NCBI GenBank assembly: GCA_963829525.1
Contig: CAWHIJ010000003.1
Span: forward strand, 960,001 to 1,024,000
Origin: an uncultured Actinomycetota bacterium
GTDB taxonomy: Bacteria; Actinomycetota; Actinomycetes; JAHEKZ01
Reading direction: 5' to 3'
Length of the DNA stretch: 64,000 bases
Below, piece by piece: positions 9,537-19,083 of the stretch (positions are counted from its first letter, which is position 1; every line of letters begins with the position of its first letter). Below the pieces are notes generated by a model that was given only the letters and a program-made list of their open reading frames with translations, was not told the origin of the DNA and did not search any database. Position numbers and translations under genes: made by a program.

Positions 9537-10100
9537 TCAGACTTCGCGTACCGGGACGACGACTTCGTTGCGACGTCGGAACCACGGCGTCCACGGCGGG
9601 TCGAAGCGTGCGAAACGTGGTGGACCGGTCGTCTCGAGCCCGTCTCCCCGCACCGCCCGCAGCAGTCGGTCGGTCTGCTTCTCGTACGCAGTGGACGTCC
9701 ATCGCCCGGAGTACCTCGCGACGGCGGCGAGTTCCTCGGGAACCGCCCGGATCGTGACCTGGGCATCGCCAGGGTCCGGGAGTGACTCGCTCGTCGCACC
9801 CTGCGGCATGACGAATGAGACGACGTAGCGGCCGGGTGCGGTCTCGGTGGTCACCGTCTCCGCGGCCGCCGGAGTGTGGTCGGTGTCGTCGCGGCGCTGG
9901 AGTACCGGGGCGGTCATCGCCAGGCTCTCGCTGGTCCGGTTCTGCCCACGGATGTAGGCCACCAATGGACGGAAGGCCGCGTTGCCGGCGCCTTCGAAAG
10001 AGCCGTCGACCTCGACCTCGGCGACCAGGTGTGCGGGATAGCGACGTAGCTGGAATCCCGGCCCCTGCCGTATCACCTCGTACCGCTGCTGCTCGGTCAT
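9537..10100 (-). CDS. SOUL-family heme-binding protein
   Basis: MTEQQRYEV...LRRYP...AFRPLVAYIRG...AMTAPV...FVMP...ARFDPPWTPWFRRRNEV. Confidence 0.9.
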   Translation of the reverse strand: MTEQQRYEVIRQGPGFQLRRYPAHLVAEVEVDGSFEGAGNAAFRPLVAYIRGQNRTSESLAMTAPVLQRRDDTDHTPAAAETVTTETAPGRYVVSFVMPQGATSESLPDPGDAQVTIRAVPEELAAVARYSGRWTSTAYEKQTDRLLRAVRGDGLETTGPPRFARFDPPWTPWFRRRNEVVVPVREV

Positions 10101-10308
10101 GACGACCTCTCGCATCCTTCTCGCCGCTGGTGCCGCTCTCACGAACCGTACGCCGATAGTGGACTTTCGCGCCCGCTTTGGCGCCGTCACACCGAGAGTG
10201 GGCGCGGCCCGGCTGACCAGCCCGAACGCTCGGTAGTGCCGGTTCGATCGTCCGTGAGAGGCACTTACGTTGGCTTGCCGGTTGGAATCGGTGGCGCGTT
10301 CCGCCGGA

Positions 10309-10797
10309 TCACCCCGGCGGGAAGGGGGGCGGGCCCAGGATCTCGATTCCTCCGTTGGTGACGGCGGACTCGCGGACCCGGTCGAAGTCGACCACTCGAT
10401 CGGTATCGGAGGTGAGTGGCTCGCTCGCGCCGAGGTAGAACGCCTGGCAGGTGCCGGGAGTGTGCAAGGTGAGCATGGTTGCGGTCTCCGAGAGCACCAG
10501 GAATGCGTGCGGAACCGTGCGAGGGGCGATGACGAGGCCCCCGGCGCTGAGTGTGTGTTCCTGACCATCGAGGTGGACGAGGATCTCGCCATCGACGACG
10601 TAGAGCGACTCGTCCGACGGATGGGTGTGCAGGGGCGTGCACTTGCCCTTGTCCATGGCGTCCGAGAACAGCAGGAACGCGCCGGCGGTCTCTTCGGCCG
10701 TGGCCAGCCAGCTGTGCACCCCACCACCGAAGAACCATCGCTGATCGGCTTGCTCTGCAGAACGCAGGACGGGGCTGGCGGTCGTTGTCTCTGACAT
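10309..10797 (-). CDS. Cupin-domain protein
   Basis: TPLHTHPSDESLYVVDGEI...PRTVPHAF; GGAGG RBS. Confidence 0.9.
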   Translation of the reverse strand: MSETTTASPVLRSAEQADQRWFFGGGVHSWLATAEETAGAFLLFSDAMDKGKCTPLHTHPSDESLYVVDGEILVHLDGQEHTLSAGGLVIAPRTVPHAFLVLSETATMLTLHTPGTCQAFYLGASEPLTSDTDRVVDFDRVRESAVTNGGIEILGPPPFPPG

Positions 10798-10812
10798 GGG
10801 GCCTCCCGATTA

Positions 10813-10830
10813 ATGGGACTTAAGTCCCAT
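10813..10830. promoter_or_regulatory. Perfect 18-bp palindrome, probable operator
   Basis: ATGGGACTT|AAGTCCCAT lies between the divergent cupin and TetR genes. Confidence 0.75.
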
Positions 10831-10848
10831 GACGGATAGTCCAGTACC

Positions 10849-11523
10849 ATGAACGTCGTGTCAACCCCCTACGAGGCGGGCGGTCGAACCCGTCAGAAGC
10901 AGCGCACTCGAGAGAGCCTCGTCGCCGCCGCACGGATTCTGGTGAGGGACGGAGCCACCCCGACCGTGGAGGAGGTGGCCGAAGAGGCCGGCATCTCGCG
11001 AACGACCGCCTACCGCTACTTCGCCAACCAGCGATCGCTGCTCGTCGCGGCCCACCCAGAGACGGGCGCGACGACCCTTCTGCCCGATGGCGTCTCGGCA
11101 GACCCTCAGGAGCGTCTTGACGCTGTGGCCACGCGATTCATCCGACTCATCATCGACACCGAGGCCGCTCAGCGCACCATGCTGCGCCTGTCGCTCAGCG
11201 CCAATCCGCAGGAGCGTGGCGGGCTGCCGCTGCGTCAAGGTCGTGCGATCGCATGGATCACCGAAGCCCTCCAACCGCTGCGTGGCCGACTGACCGATGA
11301 GGAGGTGCATCGGCTCGCCCTGGCTGTCCGGAGCGCCATCGGAGTGGAGGCCCTCGTCTGGTTGACCGACATCGGTGGGCTGTCGCGTGAAGAGGCTGCG
11401 GTAAACATGAGGTGGTCCGCACAGTCTCTGCTTTCGGCCGCCATGAATGCGAGCCCGCCTCCCACACCGGCGACGAAACGTCGCGCCGACCAGCGAACCG
11501 CGCGACCTGGAGCGAAGGCGTAA
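10849..11523 (+). CDS. TetR/AcrR-family regulator
   Basis: HTH TVEEVAEEAGISRTTAYRYF. Confidence 0.92.
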   Translation: MNVVSTPYEAGGRTRQKQRTRESLVAAARILVRDGATPTVEEVAEEAGISRTTAYRYFANQRSLLVAAHPETGATTLLPDGVSADPQERLDAVATRFIRLIIDTEAAQRTMLRLSLSANPQERGGLPLRQGRAIAWITEALQPLRGRLTDEEVHRLALAVRSAIGVEALVWLTDIGGLSREEAAVNMRWSAQSLLSAAMNASPPPTPATKRRADQRTARPGAKA

Positions 11524-11631
11524 TCCGCGGCGATCTAAACGTCGGTCAGGTCATGAACCCAGCTTCCACTGTCGCGTTTCACCGTCGCGCGCGTGGTAGC
11601 TCCGCGGGGAAGTGTCGTTTCGGCACATCTC

Positions 11632-12744
11632 TCACCCACCGGGCGTGTGCCCGGTGCCCAAAGCACGGGCGAGCACTGTGACGCGATCATGTGCACCGGT
11701 CTTGGTGAAGATCGACTTGAGGTGGTCTTGAACGGTGTGTTCGGACAATGCCATCTGGCGAGCCATCGCCCGGGTGTCGGCGCCGGCGGCGAGCAGTCTC
11801 ACCAGCTCGTACTCACGAGGAGTGAGCGCGAAGGCGCGCCCGAAGAGCTCGAGACGCTCGGTGGCCGACGTCTCCTCGATCGTCACGACGATGCCTGCTG
11901 TGGAAGGGTCAGTTGCGATCGAGTGTGGCTCGTCGTTAGCGATTCTGGCGGCGCGAAGGGTGAGCCAGAAGCCGTCGCTGAGGTGCGTGCGGGTAGACGC
12001 CGGGTGGTGGTCAACGCCCCCTTCGATGGCCAAGAGCTGCGCAGCGACGTTGTAGACGCTCGCCGGGACGGCGTGTGAGCCGGGGCCGGGTGGGAGCAGG
12101 GCCTCCAGCCAGTTCTGGGATGCTGCAGTTCGACTGGTGATCCGCAGATCGTCGTCGAGTGTGAGCACGACTGGCCCGACGTCGTCCCGGTGCGGTGTTG
12201 CTGCTTCGACGAATGTGCGCGCCTGGCATTCACGCAGTGCGACGGTCACCGTCGGGGCGACGGCCGCCAGGAACTTGGCTTCTGGCCCACCAAATGGTTC
12301 GCTCTCGTCATTGCGCCACAGGTCCAGAAATCCCCAGCAACCGAACTGGTCCGCGAAGACCGTCGAGGCCACGTCGCGGACCGTGTGCCTGTCCAGCAGC
12401 TCGAGCCACTCCCTGCGTTGACCCAGGTCGTCATCTGTCGCGTTGCTCAGCAGCCCCACAGGCGAAGTCTTCTCCATCAGGTCGGTCCAGCGGTTAACGT
12501 CCATGCCGTACTTGGCCCGGATGAGCGCCGGCAGTTCCGAGAGTGGGAGCCTGGGAACGTCGGCCAACGGGGCGGCACCGACGGTTGTCACCGGATCGGT
12601 CAGCAGCCACACGTATGCGTCGAAACCAACCACCTCGGCGAGGACGTCGAGGACCGCTTCACGCAGGATTACGCAGTCGGGCGTCTGCCGGACGACGTCC
12701 TCGATCCGCTCGCGGGCTCGAGACTGCGCCCATGTGCTGGCCAC
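11632..12744 (-). CDS. LuxR-type HTH regulator with N-terminal GAF-like sensor
   Basis: C-terminal LTPREYELVRLLAAG...LSEHTVQDHLKSIFTK; GTG start 6 nt after TACGCT. Confidence 0.88.
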   Translation of the reverse strand: MASTWAQSRARERIEDVVRQTPDCVILREAVLDVLAEVVGFDAYVWLLTDPVTTVGAAPLADVPRLPLSELPALIRAKYGMDVNRWTDLMEKTSPVGLLSNATDDDLGQRREWLELLDRHTVRDVASTVFADQFGCWGFLDLWRNDESEPFGGPEAKFLAAVAPTVTVALRECQARTFVEAATPHRDDVGPVVLTLDDDLRITSRTAASQNWLEALLPPGPGSHAVPASVYNVAAQLLAIEGGVDHHPASTRTHLSDGFWLTLRAARIANDEPHSIATDPSTAGIVVTIEETSATERLELFGRAFALTPREYELVRLLAAGADTRAMARQMALSEHTVQDHLKSIFTKTGAHDRVTVLARALGTGHTPGG

Positions 12745-12802
12745 GGGCTGAGCGTACGTGGCGATCGACAACACCCGGCGAAGTTGCTCAGTCCGGCTGC
12801 GG

Positions 12803-12820
12803 ACCCCAGGAATCTGGGAT
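12803..12820. promoter_or_regulatory. CCCAG-N4-CTGGG palindrome, probable LuxR-type site
   Basis: ACCCCAGGAATCTGGGAT in the divergent intergenic region. Confidence 0.45.
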
Positions 12821-12893
12821 GTTGCGCAGCACGGGTAGCGACCTACCGTGATGGTCCATCAGCAAACGCCCGCCGGACCGATCGGATAGCCCA

Positions 12894-13211
12894 ATGACCA
12901 CGTTGCGCATCGAGCACACGATCCATGACTACGACCGGTGGAAGGCGGCGTTCGACGGCTTCGCCCAGGTGCGTGTCGACGCCGGGGTCCGCGGCTACGC
13001 GATCCGTCGGCCCGTGGACGATCCGCGGTACCTCATGCTCGACCTGGAGTTCGACACCGCGGACGCTGCAGGGAATTTCGCACGGTTCCTGGAGCAGCAG
13101 GTCTGGTCCTCACCGGAATCTGCCCCCGCACTCGCTGGCGTCCCTCGTACCCGTCTCCTCGAACTCCGGGGAACCGAATGGGGGACCGCCGCCCCGGGCG
13201 AGACGGACTGA
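12894..13211 (+). CDS. Small dimeric alpha/beta-barrel-like protein
   Basis: MTTLRIEHTIHDYDRWKAAFD...IRRPVDDPRYLMLDLEF, a pattern typical of small ferredoxin-like barrel proteins. Confidence 0.7.
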   Translation: MTTLRIEHTIHDYDRWKAAFDGFAQVRVDAGVRGYAIRRPVDDPRYLMLDLEFDTADAAGNFARFLEQQVWSSPESAPALAGVPRTRLLELRGTEWGTAAPGETD

Positions 13212-13239
13212 ACTCCGTCATCGGGCCCAGGATGCCGCC

Positions 13240-13869
13240 TCAGTCGGGGCGGTGGGGCGTCGAGGTCCGTGGACTCGCGATGGTCACCATGCCGAGCATG
13301 AGTTCGACTGCGGAGCGGTTGGACAGGCCCTGGACCACGCAGAGGGACCGCCAGGTTTCGAAGGCGGCTGCATGCCCAATCGCCGCCGGCAAGATCCGGG
13401 GGCTGCGGCGGGGGAACGGCTGGAGAAGCGCTTCGACCCATCGCCTCTGCGCTCGGACCCGGTTCGCCCTGACGGATGGCGGAACGGACTCCGCGTCGCG
13501 GTTGATGAGGGTGAGCATCTGCTCGCCAGACCGGTAGTAGCGGTAGATGTCGGTGAGACCGACACGCAGGCGAACCAGCGGGTCGTCGTGCGCCGTCCAC
13601 GCATCCACGTCGGGGAGCCGCTGGCGCGACAGCCATTGGTTCGAACAGGCGAGGAACAGGGACTCCTCATCGGAGAAGTGTCGGTAGACCGTAGCCCGGG
13701 TCACAGCGGCATGCTCGGCGATCGCCGAAACGCTGGTGCGCGACGGACCAAGCGTCTGATGGAGTTCCTCGGCCGCATCGACGATCCGTGCCCGGGTCCG
13801 TTTCTCGTCCTCGAGGCGCTTGGTCTTCTGGTACCTGCGGCGCCGCGTCGGGCTCGACTGTTCTTGCAC
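13240..13869 (-). CDS. TetR/AcrR-family regulator
   Basis: HTH TSVSAIAEHAAVTRATVYRHF; GTG start after an AGGGAG RBS. Confidence 0.9.
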   Translation of the reverse strand: MQEQSSPTRRRRYQKTKRLEDEKRTRARIVDAAEELHQTLGPSRTSVSAIAEHAAVTRATVYRHFSDEESLFLACSNQWLSRQRLPDVDAWTAHDDPLVRLRVGLTDIYRYYRSGEQMLTLINRDAESVPPSVRANRVRAQRRWVEALLQPFPRRSPRILPAAIGHAAAFETWRSLCVVQGLSNRSAVELMLGMVTIASPRTSTPHRPD

Positions 13870-13949
13870 AACTATTGACTCCCTGGCTACCGAGGTGTCT
13901 ATTTGGAGATACACAACTGTACTTTGAAATTATTGAGGGAGCTGCAACC

Positions 13950-14465
13950 GTGGAGAGTGTCGAAGCGCCGGAACTGACCGTGGTGCGCCCGGGAGAGGGG
14001 GAGACCCGAGATCTGGGGACGATCGGGGTGGTGTTCAAACTCTTCGGCGAGCAGACCAACGGCAATGTGTCCATCGTCGAGCACCCGTTCCCGGTCGGCG
14101 CCTGCGTGCCTCCCCACCTTCACACGCGTGAGGATGAGTACTCCATCGTCACCGAGGGGGAGATCGGCTTCCGGTCCGGTGACCGCGAGGTCGTCCTGGG
14201 AGCCGGCGGCTACATCACCAAACCCCGCGGTGAGACGCACACCATGTGGAACGCGGGGTCTGTTCCAGCCCGGATGATCGAGGTGATCAGCCCAGCAGGC
14301 TTCGAGCACTTCTTCTGGGGGATCGGAGAGGCGATGGCGTCCGGCGGCCTCGCTCCGGAGGTGGTCGCGGCTCTCGCGGAGGAGCACGGGCTCGTCTTCG
14401 GGGACGCTCCGTGGCTGGACGATGTCATCGCGCGCTATAACCTCCGCCAGCCGCCGGGCCGCTGA
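13950..14465 (+). CDS. Cupin-domain protein
   Basis: PPHLHTREDEYSIVTEGEI...KPRGETHTMWN...ISPAGFE; GAGGGAG RBS. Confidence 0.9.
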   Translation: MESVEAPELTVVRPGEGETRDLGTIGVVFKLFGEQTNGNVSIVEHPFPVGACVPPHLHTREDEYSIVTEGEIGFRSGDREVVLGAGGYITKPRGETHTMWNAGSVPARMIEVISPAGFEHFFWGIGEAMASGGLAPEVVAALAEEHGLVFGDAPWLDDVIARYNLRQPPGR

Positions 14466-14566
14466 CCGTGGTTCGTCGGCGCTTCTTCGGTCAGGCATCG
14501 TCCCCGGCAATTTCTTGGGGGATGCGGAAGTGGCCGTCGGGCAGGGCCGTACGAAATCTCCAACAA

Positions 14567-15739
14567 TCACCTGAGTGTGGTGAGGGCGTTGACGAGCGCG
14601 CTGATGTCACTGCTGTCGTTGTAGTGATGAAGTGAGACGCGGATGCCACCTCCGCGGGAGCTAACCACGACGCCAGCTTCCTCGAGGAGTCGCTGTACCT
14701 CGACGGCGGTGAGGGTGGGGTGTCGGAGGGAGAGGATGTGGCTTGTGGAGGCACTGGAGTCCAGCGAGCGGAAGGGCGCCCAACCCAGCGGTGCGGCGCG
14801 GGAGACGAGTTCGTTTGCCAGCTCGGCAGCGTGCTCGGCGACCGTCGGCATCCCGATTTCTGCCAATAGGGAGAGGGACGCGGAAAGGCTGACCGCTGAG
14901 CCGTACGCCATCGTCGAGAGTTCGAATCGTCGGGCGTCGGGAGCAAGGGAAAGTTGGTCGGCGTGGAAGTCGAAGGGGTCTGCCGCGCCCTTCCATCCGA
15001 CGAGGTGCGGCGTCTCTTCGGCCAGTTCATCGTCCACCGCCAGCAGGGCCACACCGCCATGCCCGGACAGCCACTTGTAGCCGCTGCAAACCACGGCGTC
15101 TGCGCCCCAGTCGCGCATGCTCATTGGTGCCGCTCCCGCCAACTGTGTGACGTCAACGATCACTTTTGCGCCGACCTGGTGCGCCTGTCGCACAATTTCG
15201 TGGACGTTGACTCCCGAACCGGTTGCGTACTGGACGGCACTGACGCAGATCGTCGATGTGTCTGTGTCTATCGCTTCGAGCAGGGCCTCGGTGAGGTCCT
15301 TTGCGGGTTGGTCATCGACCCACCGGATCTTGGTACCCATGCGTCGCTGCGCGCCGAGCCAAGGGTAGGTGACGCTCGGGAAGTCAGTCCGGATCAGGAC
15401 AACCGCACCAGGACGTGACGCCAGGATCGCGGCTAGTTGCCCGAGCCCCTCGCTGGCGCCGCCCACGACCGCCACCGAGCCCGCTGGGGCGCCCAGAAAG
15501 GCGGCGGCGGCCGCGCGCAGCTCGTCGAGAATTCTGGCCTCCTGCGCGTCCGACAGAAGCACGTTGCCGTGTTGTGCGACATCGACGACGAAGCGCACCA
15601 TCGCCTCTGTCGAGGCTTCAGGGACAAGACCCAGTGATGCCTGATTGAGGTAGAAGCAGCTTCGCAAGGCTGCGAAGGTTTCGCGCGGCACCAGCGAGTT
15701 CACGCTCACAGGTCTCGCCTCCAAAGAGCTCTCGGCCAT
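14567..15739 (-). CDS. Class-V PLP-dependent aminotransferase/lyase
   Basis: Motifs YLNQASLG, VDVTQLAG, SGYKWL (PLP lysine) and IRVSLHHYN. Start uncertain (15739 or 15775). Confidence 0.88.
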   Translation of the reverse strand: MAESSLEARPVSVNSLVPRETFAALRSCFYLNQASLGLVPEASTEAMVRFVVDVAQHGNVLLSDAQEARILDELRAAAAAFLGAPAGSVAVVGGASEGLGQLAAILASRPGAVVLIRTDFPSVTYPWLGAQRRMGTKIRWVDDQPAKDLTEALLEAIDTDTSTICVSAVQYATGSGVNVHEIVRQAHQVGAKVIVDVTQLAGAAPMSMRDWGADAVVCSGYKWLSGHGGVALLAVDDELAEETPHLVGWKGAADPFDFHADQLSLAPDARRFELSTMAYGSAVSLSASLSLLAEIGMPTVAEHAAELANELVSRAAPLGWAPFRSLDSSASTSHILSLRHPTLTAVEVQRLLEEAGVVVSSRGGGIRVSLHHYNDSSDISALVNALTTLR

Positions 15740-15789
15740 GACTTCGTCGCACCTCTTGAGTTGCTCGACGATCATGGCAGGCTCGGGGC

Positions 15790-16995
15790 GTGCCCCGGCC
15801 GAAGTGGATGACCCGCAACTTGAAGGTCCTGTCGGCGGTTTCGCTGATGCAGGACGCGGCGAGCGAGTTGGTCTATCCGATTTTGCCGATCTTGCTGACA
15901 TCCGTTTTGGGTGCTCCTGCGGCGGTTGTCGGCCTCGTTGAGGGGGTGGCTGAGGGCGCTGCCGCTCTCACGAAGTACGTCAGTGGCCGAGTTTCGGATC
16001 GCACGGGACGTAAGCCGTTGGTCGGGCTTGGGTATGGCATGGCGGCCTTAGGGAAGGTGATTGTCGCCGCCGCGGGAGTGTGGCCGATTGTGCTGGTTGG
16101 TCGGGTGGTTGACCGGGTCGGCAAGGGCATTCGTGGGGCACCGCGTGATGCGCTGCTCGCAGATGGGGTCGACCACGCTCAGCTTGGCCGCGTATTCGGG
16201 TTCCACCGTGCGGCCGACACTTTGGGAGCCGTCATCGGCCCACTGATCGGACTTGCAGTTCTTGCGTTGACTGGTGGAAACATCCAGCTCGTGCTGTGGG
16301 TGGCGGTCGTACCCGCAGTTCTGTCGGTGGTTCTGGTCCTGTGGGTTCGCGAACCGCGTCGCCCGACCGACACCGTCCGTGCGGGACTAAGCAGCGACAA
16401 ACCAATGCCCGACCGGTCCGAGCCGTTACCGCCTGAGTTCAGGCGGGTAGTGGGTGCGCTTACGCTGATTGCGTTGGTGAACTTTCCCGACGCACTCATC
16501 CTGCTACGCGTGTCGGAGGTGGGTTTCTCGGTCTCGGGTGTGGTTGCTGCATACGTGATCTACAACCTTTCCTACGCGCTGATTTCCTACCCGGCTGGTG
16601 CACTCTCAGATCACCTTCCGCGGGCCCGCGTCTACGCGTTGGGGTTGGTCTGTTTCGCCACTGGATACATAGGGCTCGGCCTGGTCGACGGCGGCTGGCC
16701 GGTGATTGTCTTGCTGTGTGTGTACGGCGGCTTCAATGCGATGACTGACGGAGTCGGCAAGGCGTGGGTCTCGTCGTTGGTGAAACGGCAAGTGCGCGGG
16801 CGAGCGCAGGGCGTGTTCCAGGGACTGGCTGGCGGTGCTGTCCTGTTCGCTGGCCTATGGGCCGGCCTCGCATGGGAACTGGGTCCCGGCAACGGAACCG
16901 TCCCGCTGATCGTCGCTGGGTGCGTGGCAGTGGCCGCGGCACCAATTCTGTGGCTTTCCAGTCGACGTCTGGAAGTGGGATCAGCCAGTGTGTGA
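15790..16995 (+). CDS. MFS transporter
   Basis: Motifs GRVSDRTGRK, DRVGKGIRGAPRDALLA and FGFHRAADT; about 12 TMs. Confidence 0.92.
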   Translation: MPRPKWMTRNLKVLSAVSLMQDAASELVYPILPILLTSVLGAPAAVVGLVEGVAEGAAALTKYVSGRVSDRTGRKPLVGLGYGMAALGKVIVAAAGVWPIVLVGRVVDRVGKGIRGAPRDALLADGVDHAQLGRVFGFHRAADTLGAVIGPLIGLAVLALTGGNIQLVLWVAVVPAVLSVVLVLWVREPRRPTDTVRAGLSSDKPMPDRSEPLPPEFRRVVGALTLIALVNFPDALILLRVSEVGFSVSGVVAAYVIYNLSYALISYPAGALSDHLPRARVYALGLVCFATGYIGLGLVDGGWPVIVLLCVYGGFNAMTDGVGKAWVSSLVKRQVRGRAQGVFQGLAGGAVLFAGLWAGLAWELGPGNGTVPLIVAGCVAVAAAPILWLSSRRLEVGSASV

Positions 16996-17216
16996 GGAGC
17001 GTCGGGGGCCGCTGCAGTGCGAAGGTTAGCCCGAGTTGATTGGGTAAATGCTTGGGTTTTGGGGTCCGTCCGGTAGGATGCTGGAATCAGCTCGTTGAGT
17101 TCTTGCCGCGAGTTGTCCGCACGTTGTAGCGCGTGACATCCGCTCCGTGTGTAGCCGGCCGAGTCATTCGGATTTCCGGTTGTCGGTGAGAAACCCGCAC
17201 AGATAGCGATCTTTAC

Positions 17217-18656
17217 TTGTCCTCTTTCTCTGACGTCGGCGTGCCCGAACGTCTTACCACTGTCCTCTCCGGCCTGGGGATCGATACCCCCACGCCTATC
17301 CAATCCGCCACTTTGCCCGACGCCTTTGCCGGGCGCGATGTCCTCGGCCGTGGCCGCACAGGGTCCGGCAAGACCTACGCCTTCTTGCTGCCGCTGGTCG
17401 CCCGGCTGTCTGACGGCAGCAGGGCCCGGCCGAAGGCACCACGAGCGCTCATCCTGGCGCCGACCCGTGAGCTTGTCAGTCAGATCGACCAGGCACTCGC
17501 GCCGCTGGCGCAGGCTGCCGGCCTGACCTCGCGGACGGTCTTCGGTGGCGTCGGTCAGAACCCGCAGGTGACCGCGCTCAGCCGAGGTGTCGACATCCTC
17601 GTTGCCTGCCCGGGACGTCTCGAGGACCTGATCGGGCAGGGGCACTGCAGCTTGGCCGCTATCGAGGTCACTGTTCTCGATGAGGCTGATCACATGGCCG
17701 ACCTCGGGTTCTTGCCCGCGGTGCGCCGGCTGCTCGCGCAGACGCCCCGCGGCGGTCAACGGCTCCTTTTCTCGGCCACGCTCGACCGAGCGATCGACGG
17801 CCTCGTACGGCAGTTCTTGGTGAACCCGGTCACTCACGAGGCCGACTCCGCGCAGTCACCGATCAGCGCGATGTCGCACCATGTGCTGCACGTAGATCGT
17901 GAACACCGACTGCCGATCCTGGTTGACCTGATCAGTGCGCCCGGTCGCACCGTCGTCTTCACTCGCACCAAGCGCGGCGCCAAGACACTGGCCCGGCAGT
18001 TCAACAACAGTGGTGTCTCGGCGGTCGAGCTGCACGGAAATCTCGCCCAGAACGCGCGCACCCGCAACCTCGACGCGTTCCACGACGGTCGAGCGTCGAC
18101 GCTGGTCGCCACCGACATTGCCGCACGGGGGATCCACGTCGACGACGTGTCACTGGTCGTCCACGCCGACCCTCCGGCCGAGCACAAGGCGTACCAGCAC
18201 CGCTCCGGGCGCACGGCCCGTGCGGGAAGCGCCGGGACGGTGGTCACCATCATGACCAGCGACCAGGTGAACGACGTCCGCGTGCTCACTCGGGCGGCCG
18301 GCATCTCACCGACGACGACCCGGATCCAGGGCGCAACGCACCCCGTGTTGGCCGAGTTGGCCCCGGGTGCACGCGTGGTGTCTGGTCCAATCAAGAGCGC
18401 CGCTCCCGCAGCCTCGGCGTCACGGCCGGTGAAGGCGGCCAAGCCGCGCCCCCGCAACCGCCGGGGTAGTCAGGACCGCTCTGGCAGCCTGAACCAATCG
18501 GCCTCGGGCACCCCGAAGTCGACTGGCTCGGGCTCCTCTTCGGCGCAGGTTTCGGGGCAGAAGGTCAAGTCCGGCCGCACTCCGCGCCGCACGCCTGGGC
18601 GGCCAAGCTCCCAAGGCGGCCACAGTGCGGCCGCCTTCAGCGCTGGCCGCCGCTGA
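17217..18656 (+). CDS. DEAD-box RNA helicase with basic disordered tail
   Basis: Motifs PTPIQ, TGSGKT, PTREL, DEAD, SAT, ARGIH and HRSGRTAR. Confidence 0.95.
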   Translation: MSSFSDVGVPERLTTVLSGLGIDTPTPIQSATLPDAFAGRDVLGRGRTGSGKTYAFLLPLVARLSDGSRARPKAPRALILAPTRELVSQIDQALAPLAQAAGLTSRTVFGGVGQNPQVTALSRGVDILVACPGRLEDLIGQGHCSLAAIEVTVLDEADHMADLGFLPAVRRLLAQTPRGGQRLLFSATLDRAIDGLVRQFLVNPVTHEADSAQSPISAMSHHVLHVDREHRLPILVDLISAPGRTVVFTRTKRGAKTLARQFNNSGVSAVELHGNLAQNARTRNLDAFHDGRASTLVATDIAARGIHVDDVSLVVHADPPAEHKAYQHRSGRTARAGSAGTVVTIMTSDQVNDVRVLTRAAGISPTTTRIQGATHPVLAELAPGARVVSGPIKSAAPAASASRPVKAAKPRPRNRRGSQDRSGSLNQSASGTPKSTGSGSSSAQVSGQKVKSGRTPRRTPGRPSSQGGHSAAAFSAGRR

Positions 18657-18716
18657 GGAACCCGCTCCGCCAGCCCACGCCCCTGGCCATTCAGGTTTGG
18701 GAACGCCCGGCGGGTG

Positions 18717-18920
18717 TCAGGCCAGACCCAGAGACTCGGCGGTCACATGCGTGACGTGATCGAAGACGGCGTCGAGATCAGTGAGCGTGTCGTTGAACTG
18801 ACCGTCGAGCTCGAGGCTGACGTGCCCGAAGAGCTGCGTGTGCGCCATAAGTCCGGCGATGAGGAACGATCCGGGTACGGTGTCCGGCACGAATTCGCAC
18901 AGCAGTGTCGTTCCGCGCAT
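18717..18920 (-). pseudogene. Remnant of TetR WHG-type C-terminal domain
   Basis: HTQLFGHVSLELDGQFNDTLTDLDAVFDH with strong GC3 codon bias; no HTH upstream. Confidence 0.5.
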
Positions 18921-19083
18921 GCTCCTTCCTGCAGGGCGCTGTGAGGGGCAGACTGTCGATGATCTCGTCAGGACAAGGCACTCGCCGTGCGACACCGTCG
19001 TCGGCATCTGGACACCTCGGGCGAAAACAGAGTTGCCCGGTTCATCGACCCTGCAGGAATCGTCCCCACCAGGAGGAGCGGTC

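Noticed and set aside
18926-19059. 11-bp inverted repeat TTCCTGCAGGG/CCCTGCAGGAA as MITE ends
   Set aside because: The core CCTGCAGG is self-palindromic, there is no target duplication and no other copy in the window.
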